Shown here: one piece after another, positions 30,808 through 41,265 of the stretch
How positions within the stretch are numbered: the first letter of the stretch is position 1
Layout of the letters: the number at the start of each line of letters is the position of its first letter
Assembly (NCBI GenBank): GCA_963733295.1
Contig: CAVTCS010000003.1
Location: 2,112,001 to 2,176,000, forward strand
Direction of reading: 5' to 3'
DNA from: Vulcanimicrobiota bacterium
GTDB lineage: Bacteria; Vulcanimicrobiota; Vulcanimicrobiia; Vulcanimicrobiales; Vulcanimicrobiaceae
DNA: 64,000 nt
Notes under the pieces: model-generated
What the model was told of the DNA's origin: nothing
The model's database searches: none
Seen by the model: only the letters and a program-made list of their open reading frames with translations
Made by a program: the position numbers and the translations under genes

Positions 30808-31740
30808 AAATGACCCCGCGGTTTCTGGACAGTTGTCTTGTCTAAATCTGATTGGGTCGTTTCATGCGGCTACGATGTACGTCCCCAAGCTTGCGCCCCG
30901 ATTTTCCATTCGTCACGTTCTCTGGAGAACGTATACGCTAGGGTGCCGGTCCGAGCCGCGGTCTGACCCTTAATCGTCACCGTAAGGGTACCGGAGATTA
31001 CGGCGTAAGCCGATGACCCTTCGACGTTCCAGAATCCCATCTCGTACGAACAGATGCTCGTACGTGACGCCGAGGTCCTTACGCCATTTCTCTACATCGG
31101 CGAGCCAATTGGCCGGAGCATCGGGGTTCAACCAGCGGTAGGGCGCAATTCCGTCGATGATGATTGCGTTTTCGGCAAAGACACTGCGGAATATTTCAGA
31201 GCTCTGGGCGTTAAAGCCGTTGATGTGCTTCTCAATTAAATTCTGGATTTCAGCCGGCGGGGCGTTAGACATGGTTATCCTCCAGTGCACGCGGTTGTAT
31301 TCATCATCTGCCGCCAGTCAGTTGGCGACTGATAGCCAAGCCTTGACTGCGGGCGGAACTCGTTGTAGTGCTTCACCCCCGCCGTGATCGCAGCCTTTGC
31401 CTTGAAGGACTCGGCGACGCCATTTTGCCTGGGCGTGTGCGGAAGAATGAATTCCTGCTGGATGCCTTTGACTTCGCGAGCGCGCGATAGAACTCTGACG
31501 CATAGACCAACGTGTTGTCGGTTCGCAAAAATCACATTGGCGTCGCCATTTGGCAAGGCACCAAAAGCGCCGGATCAGCGCATCCTCAAGCGTCCAGGCG
31601 GCTTCTCGGGCATCGTTCCGCTGGCCGACGTTGAGCCCGGTGCACTCCCGATCGGCGCAATCGATTACGGCGTTCACGTAGGCCAAGCCGTCGAACCGAG
31701 TCCACACGTACGTCGCGTCGGTCGCCCAGCGGACATCGGA
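30805..31740 (-). mobile_element. Decayed IS3-family element: integrase-core fragments (about 31300-31740) and a right-end-like IR (30805-30831)
   Basis: AYVNAVIDCADRE, PHTPRQNGVAESF, YNEFRPQSRLGYQSP; IR-like TGAAAATGACCCCGCGGTTTCTGGACA. Confidence 0.7.
30970..31272 (-). pseudogene. NTF2-like protein, frameshifted and truncated
   Basis: HINGFN, IIIDGIAPYRW, then a frame change near 31050. Confidence 0.55.
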
Positions 31741-31744
31741 GATC

Positions 31745-32104
31745 TTGGCGACAATCTCGCTCCTCCCAACCCGCGGCGAACAACCTGGAGGGGCGGCGTT
31801 CGATACGTCGGGGCATGCCTACGTCCCGTTCAGCGGGTTTAATGGGATCGCTGCGTCCGGCGGGAACATCCTCGAGATCAGCGTTTCAGGTTCGACCTAC
31901 ACCACGATCAAGACGCTGCAATCCAGCGACGGACTTGTAGCACCGTTCGGCCTCGCCCTCGACGCCAAGCAGAATCTGTGGGTGGCAAACGACACAAACG
32001 TGCTCGAGTTCTCGGCCGGATCGCTTACGCCCATTCCCGGCTCGACGCTGACGACCGCCAGTGGCGACCGAGCGCTAAACCTCCTCTTCCTCCCCACCCA
32101 CTAG
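31745..32104 (+). pseudogene. C-terminal fragment of an NHL-repeat protein
   Basis: PGGAAFDTSGHAYV and PFGLALDAKQNLWVAN repeats; 5' end abuts the IS3 remnant. Confidence 0.6.
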
Positions 32105-32342
32105 CGGGCTACATTGAGACGAGCGTTAGCGCACCGATATTGACCGAATAATTGCCCCGGCGCGACGGTTGCGTTTGGCTGAGCACAGATGACGCTTCCC
32201 GAGTAGTTAATTACGACACGCCGAGGTTAATTTCTAAGCAAATCTGATCTCCCAGAGAACGCCGGCCGGTGCCGCTCGCTCGGCGATGACGACCGGGTAG
32301 CAAGGGGGCATTCCTCGCGTGCACGAAGGGCCTCGCCTCGCT

Positions 32343-33309
32343 ATGCTCAAGGCCGTGCAAATCTCCGCTTACGGCGGGGTCGATCAACTTCGCATCGTCG
32401 ACATCGCGAAACCGCAGCCGCAGGTTGGCGAGCTGGTGGTGCGCGTCGTAGCAACGGGTACGAACCCGGGTGAGATCTCAATTCGCGAAGGCCTGCTCAA
32501 GGACGTGTTCCCGATGGATTTCCCATTCGGCGAGGGGACGGATTTCGCGGGCCGCGTTGATTCGGTGGGCACCGGCGTCACCGGCTTTGCAGTAGGCGAC
32601 GCGGTACTCGGTTGGACGGAGCAGCGCTCAGCGCACGCCGAGTACGTTGCCGTGAACGCCTCGCAACTGATCTCTAAGCCGCCGGCACTCGATTGGTTCC
32701 GTGCCGGAAGCCTGTTTGTCGTGGCGACCACCGCATCCGCCGCGGTGCGCGCGGTGTCGTTGAAGTCGGGCGACGTCGTGGCGGTCAGTGCCGCCGCGGG
32801 TGGCGTCGGATCGATCGCGGTTCAGCTCGCGCGGCGCAGCCGGCGCACGCGTCATCGGCATCGCGAGCGATGAGAATCGAGAGTTCTTGCGTTCCATCGG
32901 CGTCGAACCCGTCGCATACGGCGACGGCCTCCAGGAGCGGCTGCGCGCCCTCGCGCCGAAAGGAATCGATGCGTTCCTCGACTTCTTTGGCGGCGGATAC
33001 GTCGAGCTCGCGATCAATCTCGGCGTGTCGCGCGAGCGCATCAATACCGTGATCGATTTCGCAGGCGCGCAGAAATACGGCGTCAAGAGCGACGGTTCGG
33101 CGGAGGCTGCGTCGCGCGAGACCCTGGAGTCCGTCGCGAATCTCGTGGCATGGGGTGAGATACTCATGCCGCTGACCACGATCTATCCCCTTGCCTTAGT
33201 ACGCGATGCGTACCTCGAGCTCGCACGCCGCAAGACCCGAGGCAAGATCGTACTCGCCGTCGACGCGCCGATTACCCAGCCGCTTCATCCGCCCGAATCG
33301 GCGCTGTAG
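32343..33309 (+). CDS. NADP-dependent MDR/quinone oxidoreductase, one frameshift near 32835
   Basis: KAVQISAYGG, GTDFAG, SAAAGGVG in one frame; GARVIGIAS...TRGKIVL in the next. Confidence 0.85.
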
Positions 33310-33343
33310 GTCTCTTCACAACATCGAACAAGGAGGCGCATCC

Positions 33344-34804
33344 ATGAGAAGGCCTACGGGCCTCGTGCTCGCATCGGTTCTTGCGGTAACACTCACACTG
33401 TTAGTGGAACTTGCATTCGTCCCGCCCGCGACGGCTCAGCAAGCGCCGTCCGCAACACCGTCGCCCAGCGCTACTGAGTTGAGCAAAAGCATTATCCATA
33501 GCCGCGCATTCGAGGCGGTCGTTTGGGGCATGCCGGCCGTCAACGCCGAGCTGATGTATGAGGCGCTGGCGCAAAACGGTGGCGCGTTTAATCAGATCGT
33601 CTACTGGTCGGCACTCCCGAGTTGGAAGAACCAGACGCTAACGCCGAATCCGGACGCGATCTATCTCATGCCCTTCTTTAACACGAAGGACGTGGGTCCG
33701 ATGGTCCTCGAGATTCCGCCCGCTGACGGCGGCTCGATCACCGGTAACGTGGACGATATTTGGCAGACGCCGCTGGAAGACGTTGGGCCAGCCGGCGTTG
33801 ACAAAGGGAAGGGATGTAAGTGCCTGATTCTTCCACCAGGCTACAAAGGGACGGTACCCAGCGGTTACACCGCCCTGCCGTCGGAGGTTTACGAGGGCTT
33901 CGCGTTGCTGCGTTCGATCCTGAAAAGTGGCAGTGCGGCCGATGTCGCCAAAGCCGTTGCCTACGGCAAGCGCGTCAAGCTTTACCCTCTGTCGCAAGCA
34001 GCAAATCCACCCGCGACGAAATTTGTCGATGCTCTAAACGTGGTATTCGAAGCTAGCATTCCGTATGATTTGCGATACTTCCAGTCGCTGGACCGCATCG
34101 TACAGAGCCAGCCTTGGCTAGAGCGGGACAAAGCGATGATCGACCAACTCAAGTCGATCGGCATCGAAAAAGGCAAGCCATTTAATCCCAACCCAGAAAC
34201 GCAGCAGATCCTCAAAGATGCTGCCCAAGAAGCCCATCTTTGGTTTGAGACCCGGTACGCAACTCTCTTTGCGCCGCCGTTCTTCGCAGGGACTCATTGG
34301 GCTCTCCCCATTTTGAGCGATGTTGCCGAGGCGGAATCGTCGGGGTTTGCAAATCCCGACGCGTATCCCGTCGACGACCGGGGCCTCACCTACACCTACG
34401 GCTTCGTCGGCATCAAGCACCTGGGAGCAGGCCAGTATTATCTGATGACGATTGCGGACAAAGACGGCCTGCCGTTCAAAGGAAGCAACACGTATAGAAT
34501 GACTGTGCCTGCGAACGTGCCGGTGACACAGTACTGGTCGATGACCGTGTACAATCGCGAAACCCACACCTTTGTCCGTAACGTGGCATGGGAGAGCCGG
34601 TCCTCGAATACACCGGCCTTGCAGCAGAACGCCGATGGTTCTGTAACCATCTATTTCGCGCCGACTGCCCCATCGGGCAAGAGCTCGAATTGGATTCCAA
34701 CGGACTCGGCCGGAACATTTGAAGTGCTGGCCCGTTTCTACGGGCCGGAAAAAGCGCTCTTCGATAAGACCTGGGTGATGTCGGATATCGAAAGAGTGAA
34801 ATGA
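33344..34804 (+). CDS. Secreted DUF1254/DUF1214 protein
   Basis: AGGAGG RBS, signal peptide; WGMPAVN, TPNPDAIY, GPMVLEIP, YWSMTVYN, DGSVTIYF, RFYGP. Confidence 0.9.
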   Translation: MRRPTGLVLASVLAVTLTLLVELAFVPPATAQQAPSATPSPSATELSKSIIHSRAFEAVVWGMPAVNAELMYEALAQNGGAFNQIVYWSALPSWKNQTLTPNPDAIYLMPFFNTKDVGPMVLEIPPADGGSITGNVDDIWQTPLEDVGPAGVDKGKGCKCLILPPGYKGTVPSGYTALPSEVYEGFALLRSILKSGSAADVAKAVAYGKRVKLYPLSQAANPPATKFVDALNVVFEASIPYDLRYFQSLDRIVQSQPWLERDKAMIDQLKSIGIEKGKPFNPNPETQQILKDAAQEAHLWFETRYATLFAPPFFAGTHWALPILSDVAEAESSGFANPDAYPVDDRGLTYTYGFVGIKHLGAGQYYLMTIADKDGLPFKGSNTYRMTVPANVPVTQYWSMTVYNRETHTFVRNVAWESRSSNTPALQQNADGSVTIYFAPTAPSGKSSNWIPTDSAGTFEVLARFYGPEKALFDKTWVMSDIERVK

Positions 34805-35258
34805 CCGACTCAGTACCCGTTACCGCTGACAACTTCATCCGTGCTGAGACGGACAAGACCTTTTCCGGCTTCGAGCAGGGCTTTGGCAAGTTCCAGCATT
34901 TCCGGGAACTGGCGCCGATCGATAATCAAGTCGTCCAGCGCGGCAATCGTGACACACTCTATTCGATGGGTGTGTTCGATCTCGACGCCGGACCAGTCAC
35001 GATCTCGCTAACGACGATCTACAAGCTCAACGTGCGAGATGTGCCCGTCGATGGCTTCTGGTCGATCAGTCTTTACGGCCCCGATGGGCTCTTTCATAAA
35101 AACGATCGGAACGCTTATACGTTCAACGACACCGCCAAGAAGGACCCCGACGGTTCGGTGACCATTCAGTTCGGTGGCTGCGACCGGACGACCACAAATT
35201 GTCTTCCGATCGTCCCGGCGGTACATGGAAGTTCCCTGAAGCGAAAACGGTGCAGTGA
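34801..35258 (+). pseudogene. DUF1254/DUF1214 gene with internal deletions
   Basis: NFIRAETD and NRDTLYS joined directly to DVPVDGFWSIS; GTWKFPEA tail lies in another frame. Confidence 0.75.
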
Positions 35259-35286
35259 TCCCGCAGCCCGAGCGGTTTAGCGAGGC

Positions 35287-35708
35287 TCATCGGGCGGCGC
35301 GTTCGCGGAAGTGGATGCCGGCGTCTTGGACTTCGCGATACGGGAGCAGCCAAACCATCGACTCATCGTGGAGGTCGACGACCTGGATGCGGTTGCCGAA
35401 CGGGTCGTGGAAGTCGCAGCGGAATGGTGGAATGAGACGGATCCCGTATTTGTTGGTCAGCTTGTCGCGCACCTCGGCGAGCTGTTCTTCGTCGCGCACG
35501 ATCAACCCGAAGTGGCGAAGCCGCGCGGGCTGCGTCTTGTCGACCTTAAAGATCGCCAAGAATTGATGTTCGCCCAGACGCATGAAGGCGTCACCCTCAC
35601 CCTCGTCGAGCTTTTCGAGATCGAAAACATCTTGGTAGAACGCGACTGCGCGGTCGACGTCGTCGACTCGATCGCGAGGTGGTTGCAGCCGTAAACTTTG
35701 ACGCTCAT
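35287..35708 (-). CDS. VOC/glyoxalase-family protein, frameshift near 35670
   Basis: GCNHLAIE then AVAFYQDVF, HFGLIV, DFHDPFGNRIQVV. Confidence 0.8.
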
Positions 35709-35898
35709 GTTCCTACGAACCGCGAAGGCCCCGCAGCGGATGCAAGGTAGTCCGGCCCGCGGCAGCAGCTTCGGCGCTCGCCTGCTCTCGAGCCGGCGGG
35801 CCCAGATCCGCCGGAGTGAATGCAGCGAGTGATCTAAATTTACGTAATTTGATTCGCCGTTGATGGACGGCGCGCGGCATTTGTGTGAAAATGGCGAC

Positions 35899-36348
35899 AT
35901 GCGTTACCGAAATTTCGTGGCGGCAGCCGCAATCGCGCTCTTCGCCGTGGCCAGTTCGGCCGCGCGAGCGGATACGGGCCCGACCACCGACAGCGCGATG
36001 GCGTTCGAGCACAACCTGGCCAAGGCGCTAGTCGACAACGATCCCAACGCTCTGGGGCGTTTGCTGGCGAGCGACTGGATCGTGATCAGCGCGCGTGGCG
36101 GCGTGGCCGACCGCGACGCCGTCATCGACGCGGTCCGCAAGGGCCTCTGGGTGCACAAGACCGTGGACATATCGGACCCGCGCGTGCGCATCTACGGCAA
36201 CACCGCCGTCGCCACGTATCGCCTTGCGAACGTCGGCATCCTCGGCGGAAAGCCGTTTAACGTGCAAGAACGCGAGACCGACGTCCTCGTCTGGAACGGC
36301 GGCGAATGGAAAGCCGTCCTCTCGCACGAGAGCTACTTGAACGAATGA
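35899..36348 (+). CDS. Secreted NTF2-like (DUF4440) protein
   Basis: Signal peptide; VRIYGNTAV, TDVLV....WKAVLSH. Confidence 0.85.
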   Translation: MRYRNFVAAAAIALFAVASSAARADTGPTTDSAMAFEHNLAKALVDNDPNALGRLLASDWIVISARGGVADRDAVIDAVRKGLWVHKTVDISDPRVRIYGNTAVATYRLANVGILGGKPFNVQERETDVLVWNGGEWKAVLSHESYLNE

Positions 36349-36487
36349 GTCTCGGCCGGTAGGCTACGGCTTCGCCGCCGGATCGTGGGCCCAAGTCGCA
36401 CGGTACGAAGCAAGTTTAACGAATCGCTGAGCGCGGTATCCGGTAAACGCCGTCGAAAAGCGCCCTATCGACCTTCGATCTTCCTCG

Positions 36488-37210
36488 ATGGGCAGGCAGC
36501 CTATGACCGTTCCACACCTCAACCAGCAACACGCTCGGGTCTTGCGCGAGATCTTCGAGCATCCGGTCGCGCGCAATCTCGAGTGGCCTGACGTTCTCAG
36601 CCTCATGGAGCATCTTGGGAACGTGCAGCAGCGGCATGACGGCAAGTATCAGATTCAGATCGGTACGGCGCAAACGATCGTCGAGCGGCCGCAACACAAA
36701 GACGTCGAGCTCACCGAGTTGCTGCGGTTGCGGACCTTCCTGAAAGAGGCCGGCCTCGAGGTAACCAGAGCGCAGCCGGCGCCGGGGCAATCCGATACAC
36801 GATCCGGCTCCCGAGCAGTTGTGGCCGTCGACCATCATCAGGCACGCTTCTTCGAGTTCGGAAGCGACGGCGTGCATCTGGTCGAGCGCGATCACTTGGA
36901 GCCCCTGGATCCGCACGGTTTTGAACGGCATCTCGAGCATCGGAAAGAGGCGGATTACAAAGGCGAACGGGTCCCCGAACCCGACGAGTACTACGAGCGA
37001 ATGGCGCAGCAGCTCAAGGGCGCGGGCACGATTCTGCTCGTGGGAGATGCGACGGGGAAGAGCAGTGCCGTTCGGTATCTCGCGCATCATCTCCAGGAGA
37101 AGCACGGGGATATTTGGCATCACGTTGTCGGAATGGAGAACTTAGATCTATCCTCGATGACGCTACCCCGGCTGCAAGAACTCAATGAGAGGTACAAGCA
37201 GACGTCATGA
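36488..37210 (+). CDS. HicA-like domain fused to an aeRF1/baeRF-like domain
   Basis: IFEHPVARNLEW.DV..L...LG...LRTFLKEAG N-domain; VVAVDHHQAR..., ILLVG..TGKSSA C-domain. Confidence 0.65.
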   Translation: MGRQPMTVPHLNQQHARVLREIFEHPVARNLEWPDVLSLMEHLGNVQQRHDGKYQIQIGTAQTIVERPQHKDVELTELLRLRTFLKEAGLEVTRAQPAPGQSDTRSGSRAVVAVDHHQARFFEFGSDGVHLVERDHLEPLDPHGFERHLEHRKEADYKGERVPEPDEYYERMAQQLKGAGTILLVGDATGKSSAVRYLAHHLQEKHGDIWHHVVGMENLDLSSMTLPRLQELNERYKQTS

Positions 37211-37557
37211 AAACGAGTCGAAGCGGAATCGAGCCCGGCGTGAAGCCGAGCGGAACCGGTTGCGTCGAATGCTTGGCCTCGCATAGCTGGTGGTTCCACC
37301 TGCGCCGCTGCGCGGAGTGCGGCCACATCGGCTGCTGCGATCAGTCACCGGGCCAGCACGCTACCGAACACAATGCTTCCACGCATCATCCGGTCATCGC
37401 GAGTTTCGAACCCGGAGAAGATTGGTTTTACGACTACCAAGACGAGCAGTTTTTCGAGGGGCCGCGGCTTGCGCCGCCGCACGCGCATCCGAAAAATCAA
37501 CCCGTACCCGGACCCGACGGCGCCGTTCCACCCAACTGGCAAACTTTACTGAACTGA
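37207..37557 (+). CDS. UBP-type zinc finger protein
   Basis: CVEC, HLRRCAECGHIGCCD, HATEH, SFEPGEDW; ATGA overlap with the upstream gene. Confidence 0.92.
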   Translation: MKTSRSGIEPGVKPSGTGCVECLASHSWWFHLRRCAECGHIGCCDQSPGQHATEHNASTHHPVIASFEPGEDWFYDYQDEQFFEGPRLAPPHAHPKNQPVPGPDGAVPPNWQTLLN

Positions 37558-37659
37558 TGACGAGGACGTTTCAGCTCTCCGGGCTGAGTACGAAGCCTAT
37601 CCTGAATCTTCTAGATAGCATCAGCACTAAACTGAACGGACGGGTTCTTGCCCGATGCA

Positions 37660-37784
37660 GGTTTCGAGAGTATTATCCAAACCTCACCGAGCCTAAGGAC
37701 AAGTGTGGCGAGACGCGCTGCTACATCCGCGATCCTGACGGTTACATTATAGAAGTCGGGCAAAGCAAACCGGGACTCGTTTAA
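37660..37784 (+). pseudogene. C-terminal remnant of a VOC-family gene
   Basis: LTEPKD...RCYIRDPDGYIIEVGQ. Confidence 0.6.
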
Positions 37785-38278
37785 AAGGAGAGAACATTTC
37801 AGGTATCAGTTGCTTCGCGAAGTTGTATGCGACAATAGACTTCGAGACTGGCGCTGCCGGATCAGTGCGGGTGCGTCACGGTTATGGCTTGGGGTTGGGT
37901 GCCCGCCGCGAACGGCGACCCTGCCACTGGCGTCAGCGCGCCGCTGGTCCCGTCGATGGTATAGGCGGAAACATTGTTGGAGTACACGTTGGCCACATAG
38001 GCGAACTTGCCCGTGGGATCGACCGCTAATATGTCGGTGAAGCCGCCCGCCGCAAACGGCGACCCCGCCACCGGCGTCAGCGCGCCGCTCGTTGCGTCGA
38101 TGGTGTAGGCGGAAACACCGCTGTGGCCAGCAGAGAAGCTGGTCACGTAGGCAAACTTGCCAGTAGGATCGAGCGCTACGCCAACGGGACCGTTACCCGT
38201 CCCAAACGGTGATCCCGCCACCGGCGCCAGCGCGCCGCTCGTCGCGTCGATGGCGTAGGCAGAAACATTGTTAGAGTT

Positions 38279-39656
38279 GAGGTCGTTTCAATCTGCGGGG
38301 AAACGCCGGCGGTGCAACTCTTGTTGGTGTGATTATCTCACGCAGCTCGTTTCAGTGCAACCGGTTCAGCTGGAAAGTCCAGGAGATCGCGATAGCCGCG
38401 TAACCGTCTCCATGTTGGAGATAACTTGATGATCAACGCGTGCGTGACGGCGGTGGCGAACTCTGCGGTCCGTAAGCGCTTCATGGCATCGGTCCGGTGA
38501 CGGATCGGAGCGAAGATTGATTCGATGGGATTGGTGGTTCGCAGATGGATCCACGTCGCGTGCGGAAAGCGATAATACGCGAAGAGGCGGTTGCGGTCAT
38601 CGCGCAGGCATGCGGCAGCCTTGGGATACGATCGTTCGTAGGATTTCGCTAGAGATTCGAGCTTGCGTCGAGCTTCGGCTTCGGTCTCTGCGTGCATGAT
38701 CGCCGCCATTGCCGCGTGGGCATCGCGTTGGCGTTTCTTCGGGAGCTTTTCCTCGACGTTACGAATCTTGTGCAACCAGCAGCGCTGCTGAGAGACCTTG
38801 GGCCACGCCTTATCGGCTGCCGCCCATAAGCCGCACGCGCCGTCGGCAACCAGGAGCTGCGGCGCACGCAGCCCGCGACGTGCAAGATCCTCGAAGAGAG
38901 CGGTCCAAGCCGCCTCGCTTTCGCTCATCGCCTCGCGTAAAGCCAGCAAATGCTTGTCCCCATTGCGATCGGCTCCCAAGACAACAAGGAAAACGCGGCG
39001 TTCGTCGTCTGGACCGGCGCCTAGATACACGCCGTCGGCCCAGGTGAAGATTAGGTCGAGATCATCGAGCCGGCGCGTATTCCAGGCCGCAAAGTCGGCT
39101 AGGAGCTGTTTGTTCGTTCGAGTGATCGTTGCGGCGGAAAGCGGAGCGTCCTCGCCTAGAAACGCGCGCAGCGTGCCTTCAAAATCGCGCGTTGCCAATC
39201 CGTCAAGCCAAAGCGCGGTCAAGCTCGCATCGACATTCTGCAAGCGACGACGGTGCTTTGGGAGAATCGCCGAGCTGAACGAAGCTCCTCGGACTCGTGG
39301 GCGCCGCACCGCTATCGAGCCGCGGTTGGAAGTGATCACGCGAGCACGATCGTGCCCGTCGCGATAACCCAGCTTCGCGTCGGGAGTGCGCCGTCGGTAG
39401 CGAAGGCGTTCGAGGGCTTCGTCGACTTCGGCCTCGAGCACCGCTTGGAACAACTCGCTCAGTTTCGCTCGGCAAACTTCCTCGAGTTGGAGCGTCAGAT
39501 CGGCCGAGTCGGGCTTGGCAACAGGCACCTGGGTGCGGTAAGATCGTTTCACGGTTGGTGTACCTCCTAGATGTTAGCAATCCAAGAGTTACACCGCCGT
39601 CTTTTCATTTCCCGGAACGGCTGTCCGGGAATTCCCCCTCAAATCGAAACGATCTC
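38279..39656 (-). mobile_element. Complete IS256-family insertion sequence (1378 bp)
   Basis: 9-bp target duplication GTTAGAGTT (38270-38278 and 39657-39665); 25-bp imperfect terminal IRs GAG(G/A)TCGTTTC... Confidence 0.93.
38338..39552 (-). CDS. IS256/Mutator-family DDE transposase
   Basis: GYRDG, WADGVY, VADG..GL, QRCWLHK.RN and LRTTNPIES motifs; GGAGG RBS. Confidence 0.93.
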   Translation of the reverse strand: MKRSYRTQVPVAKPDSADLTLQLEEVCRAKLSELFQAVLEAEVDEALERLRYRRRTPDAKLGYRDGHDRARVITSNRGSIAVRRPRVRGASFSSAILPKHRRRLQNVDASLTALWLDGLATRDFEGTLRAFLGEDAPLSAATITRTNKQLLADFAAWNTRRLDDLDLIFTWADGVYLGAGPDDERRVFLVVLGADRNGDKHLLALREAMSESEAAWTALFEDLARRGLRAPQLLVADGACGLWAAADKAWPKVSQQRCWLHKIRNVEEKLPKKRQRDAHAAMAAIMHAETEAEARRKLESLAKSYERSYPKAAACLRDDRNRLFAYYRFPHATWIHLRTTNPIESIFAPIRHRTDAMKRLRTAEFATAVTHALIIKLSPTWRRLRGYRDLLDFPAEPVALKRAA

Positions 39657-40526
39657 GTTAGAGTTGGCGTTGGGCACATAGACGAACTTGCCCATAGGAT
39701 CGACCGTCACACCGTGGGACCGTCGCCCGCCGCAAACGGCGAGCCCGCCACCGGCGTCAGCGCGCCGCTGGTCGCGTCGATGGTATAGGCGGAAACATTG
39801 CCGGAGACGCAGTTGGTCACATAGGCGAACTTGCCCGTAGGATCGACCGCCACCGCATTGGCGGAAAGCGGCCCGCCGCAAACGGCGACCCCACCACCGG
39901 CGTTAGCGCGCCGGTGGTCGGATTGACTGTATAGGCGGAAACATTGTCGGAGATCGTTGGACACATAGGCGAACTTGCCCGTAGGATCGACCGCCATGCC
40001 AATGGGACCCTTGCCCGCCGCGAACGGCGACCCCGCTACTTGCGTCAGCGCGCCGTTGGGCGCGTCGATCGTATAGGCGGAAACATTGTTGCGACCGTAG
40101 TTGACGACATACGCGAACTTGCCCTTAGGATCGACTGCCACGGATGGGGATCTCTGCCCGCCGCAAACGGCGACCCCGCCACCTGCGTCAGCGCGCCGCT
40201 GGTCGCGTCGATGGTATAGGCGGAAACACTGCGGGACTGATGTTGGCCACGTAGGCGAACTTGCCCGTAGGATCGACCGCAATGCTAATGGGACCGCTGC
40301 CCGCCGCAAAGGGCGACCCAGCCACCGGCTTCAGCGCGCCGCTCGTCGCGTCGATAGTATAGGCGGAAACACCTGAATCGCTGATCACATAGGCGAACTG
40401 AACTCCGCCATGCGCACACCCAATGGTTACGAGCAGTAGTCCGATTGATAGAAACGCAATGGCGTTACGCATAAGGTATCTCCCTCTCTGAGCCGTGGAC
40501 TCGAATGCCTCGCCGAGCGGCTTGAG

Positions 40527-41075
40527 GTGTCACTATTGTCTATCAGATTTGTTCCTCTGTTGGTGATCGCCTTTGCGTGCTCGATGAGCACGCGGGCGTT
40601 CGGAGAATCCTTCGTCCAAGCGAATTCGACTGATTTCTCTTGGGGCGCGAGCTCACATGGCTTTGCCGTGAGCCTGACGTTCTCAAAGGTAACCTTTGAT
40701 CCGACCGAGCCAATTGTCGCAGTGCTTGGCCTTCGAAATCTCAACTCAAACCCGGTGGAAATCGCTCGCGGCGCGATCTTCGTAGATTTTGATTGGGTCG
40801 TACTTGACGGAGCGGGTCGACAGCTACAGCCGCGAGACGATAAACCCGCCCCGGGTTTTGAATCCTCAGGGGGCATCGGGATTACCTTAGCTCCGCGCTT
40901 CGCCTGGAGAGAGTCCTTTGACTTACGAGAACGCTATAAGTTTCCACCAGGAAAGTACACGATAACCATCACTAGGCCGATTCAGCTTGAAGCAGATGTA
41001 GCTCGGGTAGGCATGAATGCACCGCCCGTCGCGGCACCGGTGTCACAAACGGTTACAATTCAGGTCCATCCATAA
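40527..41075 (+). CDS. 182-aa putative lipoprotein (Ig-like beta-sandwich), copy 1
   Basis: Lipobox-like AFAC; 166/182 aa identical to 57219-57767. Confidence 0.8.
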   Translation: MSLLSIRFVPLLVIAFACSMSTRAFGESFVQANSTDFSWGASSHGFAVSLTFSKVTFDPTEPIVAVLGLRNLNSNPVEIARGAIFVDFDWVVLDGAGRQLQPRDDKPAPGFESSGGIGITLAPRFAWRESFDLRERYKFPPGKYTITITRPIQLEADVARVGMNAPPVAAPVSQTVTIQVHP

Positions 41076-41265
41076 AGCCCTGATCGTTTCTTTCGGACGG
41101 AAGAACCCGAAGCGTTTATAATGCAACTATCGAACCGGGTCGCATTCCCCCTCCGCGATCAGCGTACGAGTGCGGAGCGGGAAAACCGCGCGCCACCGGC
41201 GCTACCGGGCAGTCTTTGCTAGCGTCGCGCTCCAAGCGCATGGTCTGCCCGACCCAGAACGCGAT

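Larger units (their letters stand above)
37862..40472 (-). pseudogene. Lactonase-like beta-propeller lipoprotein gene, split by IS256 and frameshifted
   Basis: Lipobox TIGC; about eight ~48-aa repeats VSAYTIDATSGALTPVAGSPFAAG..P..VAVDPTGKFAYV. Confidence 0.85.
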
